From an uncultured virus (IMG/VR IMGVR_UViG_3300049812_002428) (Duplodnaviria > Heunggongvirae > Uroviricota > Caudoviricetes), in IMG/VR virus record IMGVR_UViG_3300049812_002428: 20,000 bases of DNA. One strand, given 5' to 3'. The notes below the pieces were generated by a model, which searched no databases, was not told where the DNA came from, and was given only the letters and a program-made list of their open reading frames with translations. The position numbers and the translations under genes were made by a program. Below, piece after piece: positions 16,256 through 20,000 of this stretch. The stretch's first letter is position 1. Each line of letters starts with the position of its first letter.

Positions 16256-17101
16256 TTATCCTATCATATCTAAAGGTGGCAGTTCGTATGTATTAGACAT
16301 CTGCTCCTTGATCTTATCTAATTCTTTTTCTGCATCATCATAAATCTGTCTTCCATTTAATTCAATACCACCAGGAAGTTTGACACCCTGGAATTTAATA
16401 AGATTTTGACCCCACTGCCTCTTTATCAGTGCAGTAAGATATCTCTTTAAGAACGAGTCATTGTAAACTCTGGTAAAATCATTTGGATCAATAAGACGAT
16501 AACAATCAATAATTAGATAATCATCAACATTAACCGATCCCCAATCAATATCCAGATAGAGTCTATCTTGTCTCATGTTAAATCTGATTTGCTTCTCAGT
16601 ATTCAAAGCAAAATCAATATCCTCCAAATATCTCTTCGTCATCGTATAGGTCAATAATTCAGTTGATCCCCAGTAATAAATGTCATTAAGGAATAACTGA
16701 TATTTAACACTGAACATGTTATTTGTTACAGTGTTAGCTCCATCAAATCTAAAAATCTTACTTATTCCAATAACCTCTGGTGGAACTTGTAGGTAATTAC
16801 TATTCTCTTCAAAGTTAAAGGAAACACTTGATCCATCAATCGTAGCAGTTGCAGTCGTGGTTACGATTCCTGCAGTGCTACTTCCTCCTCTTGCCCTGCC
16901 TCTATCTATATCTGCTTGCGTTATCTTATACTTTAAAAAAGTCTGAATACTTCCGTCATAATCACGCTCATGGAATAACTGAAGGGCATCATCAACTAAG
17001 TCATCAATCTGCTCATCGGCAACATTAATTTCCAGCACCGGAGCACCCAGTTGCCTTTTGCAATAGTTAATTAAATCCGTTCTACTTGCTGGTTTCGCCA
17101 T
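16256..17101 (-). CDS. g13: Neck protein (T4 gp13 homolog)
   Basis: 281 aa; YCKRQLGAPVLEINV, ALIKRQWGQNLIKFQGVKLPGGIELNG. Confidence 0.95.
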   Translation of the reverse strand: MAKPASRTDLINYCKRQLGAPVLEINVADEQIDDLVDDALQLFHERDYDGSIQTFLKYKITQADIDRGRARGGSSTAGIVTTTATATIDGSSVSFNFEENSNYLQVPPEVIGISKIFRFDGANTVTNNMFSVKYQLFLNDIYYWGSTELLTYTMTKRYLEDIDFALNTEKQIRFNMRQDRLYLDIDWGSVNVDDYLIIDCYRLIDPNDFTRVYNDSFLKRYLTALIKRQWGQNLIKFQGVKLPGGIELNGRQIYDDAEKELDKIKEQMSNTYELPPLDMIG

Positions 17102-17124
17102 TTATTCCACAAGTTTCCTAAGTG

Positions 17125-17131
17125 TATTTAG
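17125..17131 (-). promoter_or_regulatory. Late promoter variant upstream of g13
   Basis: CTAAATA on the minus strand overlapping the TAA stop of the 128-aa ORF. Confidence 0.62.
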
Positions 17132-17514
17132 GGTGCTGACGATACTGGGTTATAAACGTATATGTTGCCATTAGCGAGAGTATAGAAAGTTCCGCCTGCA
17201 GATACAATAACATCATATACATATCTACCTTCATTCAAAGATCTAGTAGAGGTAGATCCAAGAGAAAGTTTCATTTTTCCATCATAAGCACTTGTAAAAC
17301 CAACGGTGAAAGACGTTGTAATTCCTAAAGTTGCTCCAACAGCAACACTTTTAGACATTGCTGCTGATCCAGTATATCCAGTTAGATCAAACGCAGCGTT
17401 CGCTGTTGTAAAAACATTGAGGTTTGCATTAAAATCAGATCCACCTTGAATAGTCAGGTTTACTCCGTAAGGAACTCCGGAGTCTGGATCGAAAGTAATA
17501 TTTTTAGATGGCAT
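17128..17514 (-). CDS. Small beta-sandwich virion-type protein
   Basis: 128 aa; pattern NLTIQGGSDF..DLTGYT..LSL..T..L..GRYVYDV resembles Ig-like/BppU-N-like domains of phage structural proteins. Confidence 0.75.
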   Translation of the reverse strand: MPSKNITFDPDSGVPYGVNLTIQGGSDFNANLNVFTTANAAFDLTGYTGSAAMSKSVAVGATLGITTSFTVGFTSAYDGKMKLSLGSTSTRSLNEGRYVYDVIVSAGGTFYTLANGNIYVYNPVSSAP

Positions 17515-17686
17515 CTGGAAGTCCTATTACCGACATAGTTTCTTGCTGCTTATAATAAAGTTTGCAAAAAGATTTTGCAATATTCTTAAGCATATCGCGA
17601 TCATTACAATTATCTATATTACTTGCGATCTGTTGATATGCAAAACTCTTTGATAAGTTATTAAGTTCAATTTGATCGGGATCCAT
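17504..17686 (-). CDS. 60-aa two-helix protein, candidate NblA-like phycobilisome degradation adaptor
   Basis: Overlaps both neighbours by 11 and 20 nt. Size and pattern (IEL..L...F...helix-turn-helix..KLY) resemble NblA. The CDS is likely real; the function is tentative. Confidence 0.55.
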   Translation of the reverse strand: MDPDQIELNNLSKSFAYQQIASNIDNCNDRDMLKNIAKSFCKLYYKQQETMSVIGLPDAI

Positions 17687-17900
17687 TTAGTAACTCCTTG
17701 AGTAACAATTTGATTTCATTTAGTTCACCTTTCACGTTAGCAAGATCTTTCTCTACTGTCTGTAATTTCTGATTCTTTTCAGATTTAACATTTTTGGTAG
17801 AGAGGTACTGAGTGTAATCAAGACCATTCACGTTGACAATTGCATTGGTTTTAGGATCTCTTGCAAGATCCTTATTACCTTCTAATTCATAAAAATCCAT
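17667..17900 (-). CDS. Hypothetical 77-aa protein with a C-terminal coiled coil
   Basis: Starts 1 nt after the stop of the large ORF; EGNKDLARDPKTNAIVN followed by heptads (LQTVEKDLANVKGELNEIKLLLKELL). Confidence 0.78.
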   Translation of the reverse strand: MDFYELEGNKDLARDPKTNAIVNVNGLDYTQYLSTKNVKSEKNQKLQTVEKDLANVKGELNEIKLLLKELLNGSRSN

Positions 17901-17901
17901 A

Positions 17902-20000
17902 TCAAGCTAATGCAATTACCCTCAAATCTTTGACTCTGGGAACAAAGCACTGAGTATTAGATATAAGATTTAACTTAATTCTATAAGTTTTAAATGGGGG
18001 TAGTTCATCAATAGAGAAAGTATATTCTCTATAGTCAATCAGAGCAGATTCCTGCGTCAAAGTATTAGATTTAACGATACGTGTATCAGATTCTCCATTA
18101 TTATTTTGTGCAGAAATAACTTCACCTTTAGTATTAAGGTTGGTGTAACCTGGGAATGGTGAGAAAGTAGGTTCAAGTCCAGGTTCATTAGATATTGCGT
18201 AGAATGCTCTAATGTCTGCTTCAAGATTTATGTGAGCAGCAAGAATGATCTTGAGAGAAGATGCAGAATTTTCAAGGACAATTTCCTTAGAAATATACTG
18301 ACACGCTGTAGGATCTTCGTCAATACTGTCCACTCTAGAGTCAGTCGCATAATTCGTAATCACATCGTTTACTCTGTTAGATGTAAGAACAGCACTTACT
18401 CTCTGAGTATCAATTACAGGACTTACTCTCGTATCAACTGTGTTTAGGAACAATCTCATGTTCATTGACTTAGATCCTGGAACTGTGGAAAGATTAGCAT
18501 CTTCATTAATCTTGGATGCAATCATTCTTGGAGTGTCAAAGTAATTCTTCTGGTTAATAACAATATCCTCAAATCCAGCATTGATATATGGTACTTCAAT
18601 TCCACTGAAACTTCTAGATGTTGTTGTTCTAACTTCTGCGTTAATACTAGTTCCAGGAACGGTCATGTTATGAACATTAGGCGTCATCAGTTCAAATGGC
18701 ATGTTCTGAGTCGCTCTAACCTTAGTTCCACCAGTGGACTTGGTTTGACCTAAATGAAGTTGAGGGAATCCAACATCGGTGTTTCTAGCGGTTCCTGTAG
18801 TTGCACTCATATCGAGTTTAACTTTATAAGAATCAAACGTAAATGGATCAGACTCAGTTACATCACTAAGAGAGTGTGTTCTGTTAATACGATTGAGACT
18901 TACTCCACCCATTTCATATTTAAATACAGGAGTTCCTGCTGGATATGTTTTAGGATTAGGTCCTCTGACAATATTTCCACCAATAGTATTTCCAGTTACA
19001 TCGGTATATTCAATAATTTCATCACCAATAAGCAATAAACCAACATTAGTAGTTCCAACTCCAACATTCTCAAAAGTGGCGAATGTCGCCCCAAGACCAA
19101 CAGTAATACCACTTGTGGAATCTGCTGGATATGCCGCAGTAAGAGTGGTTGGTTTGATGTCTGATTTTACTTCAGAAAGTATTACACTATTATTGGTGAA
19201 ATACATACCATGGTTTTGATGACTAATATTCATATGCAGACCATCGTTTATTGTGATGATGGATGCAATTTCAACATCTCCCCCTGGAGCACCTGGAAGA
19301 TCATTATTTAAAGTTTGAGCAACTCCAACACTGTTGAAATAGTTCATTGACTTACCACCACCAACAACAAAGTTGCCCTGAACATTATCAAGGATTAGTT
19401 CGTTTGTATGTCCAATTCCAGTAACAGTAAGTTTGGCATCTCTGCCGATTGTAGCAATACCGATGGTAGAGATTCCAAGAACATCACCAACAACATAACC
19501 AGAACCACCACTAGAGATAGTTGCACCAGAGGCAACAATACTGCCGTTAGCTACGCTGATGTCTGCAGTTGCACCCCTACCACTACCCGTGATCGTTACG
19601 AGATTGACACCAGTGAACGTATGAGAACCATCTGCAGGTGTATAACCAAGACCAGCATTAGATACTGTCAGAGTTCCTGTTACAGAACCAGCAGTGCCTA
19701 CGAGATCTCCTGTAGCGTTTGTACCGTCTTGGAAGAAGGTATTGCCAATTTCATATCCATCATCAGCAACGGTGGTTCCAAGACCAACTCTAATCTTCTT
19801 AGATGCAATAGAAATAGGATCTGGAAGCAACTTGGCAATTTGAGCATTACCCTGCGTGAGTTCGGGACTATAGAATTCAATACTTCCACTTTCAACGAAG
19901 TCTGCTCTATACAGAGTAAACTTAAGGTCTTCCCACTGACTTGGTTCCCAAGTGGTATTGTTTTGCGATTTAAAAAGAGAACCAAGGTAAGGTTGGTCTC
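17902..20000 (-). CDS. Large baseplate/tail-associated virion structural protein (DUF4815-type), C-terminal part; start lies beyond the right edge
   Basis: The frame is open from the window edge: DQPYLGSLFKSQNNTTWEPSQWEDLKFTLYRADF...IAKLLPDPISIAS, joining the track's 642-aa ORF. Ends in PRVKDLRVIALA; contains GxGY repeats. Confidence 0.85.
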   Translation of the reverse strand, partial: DQPYLGSLFKSQNNTTWEPSQWEDLKFTLYRADFVESGSIEFYSPELTQGNAQIAKLLPDPISIASKKIRVGLGTTVADDGYEIGNTFFQDGTNATGDLVGTAGSVTGTLTVSNAGLGYTPADGSHTFTGVNLVTITGSGRGATADISVANGSIVASGATISSGGSGYVVGDVLGISTIGIATIGRDAKLTVTGIGHTNELILDNVQGNFVVGGGKSMNYFNSVGVAQTLNNDLPGAPGGDVEIASIITINDGLHMNISHQNHGMYFTNNSVILSEVKSDIKPTTLTAAYPADSTSGITVGLGATFATFENVGVGTTNVGLLLIGDEIIEYTDVTGNTIGGNIVRGPNPKTYPAGTPVFKYEMGGVSLNRINRTHSLSDVTESDPFTFDSYKVKLDMSATTGTARNTDVGFPQLHLGQTKSTGGTKVRATQNMPFELMTPNVHNMTVPGTSINAEVRTTTSRSFSGIEVPYINAGFEDIVINQKNYFDTPRMIASKINEDANLSTVPGSKSMNMRLFLNTVDTRVSPVIDTQRVSAVLTSNRVNDVITNYATDSRVDSIDEDPTACQYISKEIVLENSASSLKIILAAHINLEADIRAFYAISNEPGLEPTFSPFPGYTNLNTKGEVISAQNNNGESDTRIVKSNTLTQESALIDYREYTFSIDELPPFKTYRIKLNLISNTQCFVPRVKDLRVIALA

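Noticed and set aside
17902..19830. Track start at 19830 for a 642-aa protein
   Set aside because: The codon is an internal TTG (Leu); the frame stays open to the window edge and contains a conserved-looking QPYLGSLFKSQN motif upstream.
1023..19985. Numerous short plus-strand and alternate-frame minus-strand ORFs
   Set aside because: All lie within or opposite well-supported minus-strand genes and show no protein motifs.
1..20000. tRNA, rRNA or other structured RNA genes; stop-codon reassignment
   Set aside because: Intergenic gaps are all under about 80 nt with no cloverleaf seen, and all core genes translate full-length with the standard code.

Overview
This window is the core virion-morphogenesis module of a T4-like myophage, most likely a cyanophage infecting Synechococcus or Prochlorococcus (inferred from gene order and protein features). 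All genuine genes are on the minus strand. In transcription order: a large baseplate/tail-associated structural protein (cut by the right edge), three small ORFs (one resembling the phycobilisome-degradation adaptor NblA), g13, g14, g15, g16, two inserted large ORFs, g17, a small Zn-finger ORF, g18, g19, g20, two small ORFs, g21, g22 and g23 (cut by the left edge). T4-type late promoter boxes (TAAATA) lie in most intergenic gaps, often overlapping the upstream stop codon. The most unusual element is the 559-aa ORF between g16 and g17: a chain of short basic, Cys-paired modules plus a DUF192-like domain, separated by hydrophobic-X-Glu junctions resembling prohead-protease sites. It may be a capsid-packaged polyprotein. 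Also notable are the NblA-like gene inside the late structural cluster and a recurring VG(I/V/L)(A/G)T-type motif in exterior virion proteins. All calls come from motif recognition and synteny; no database search was run.
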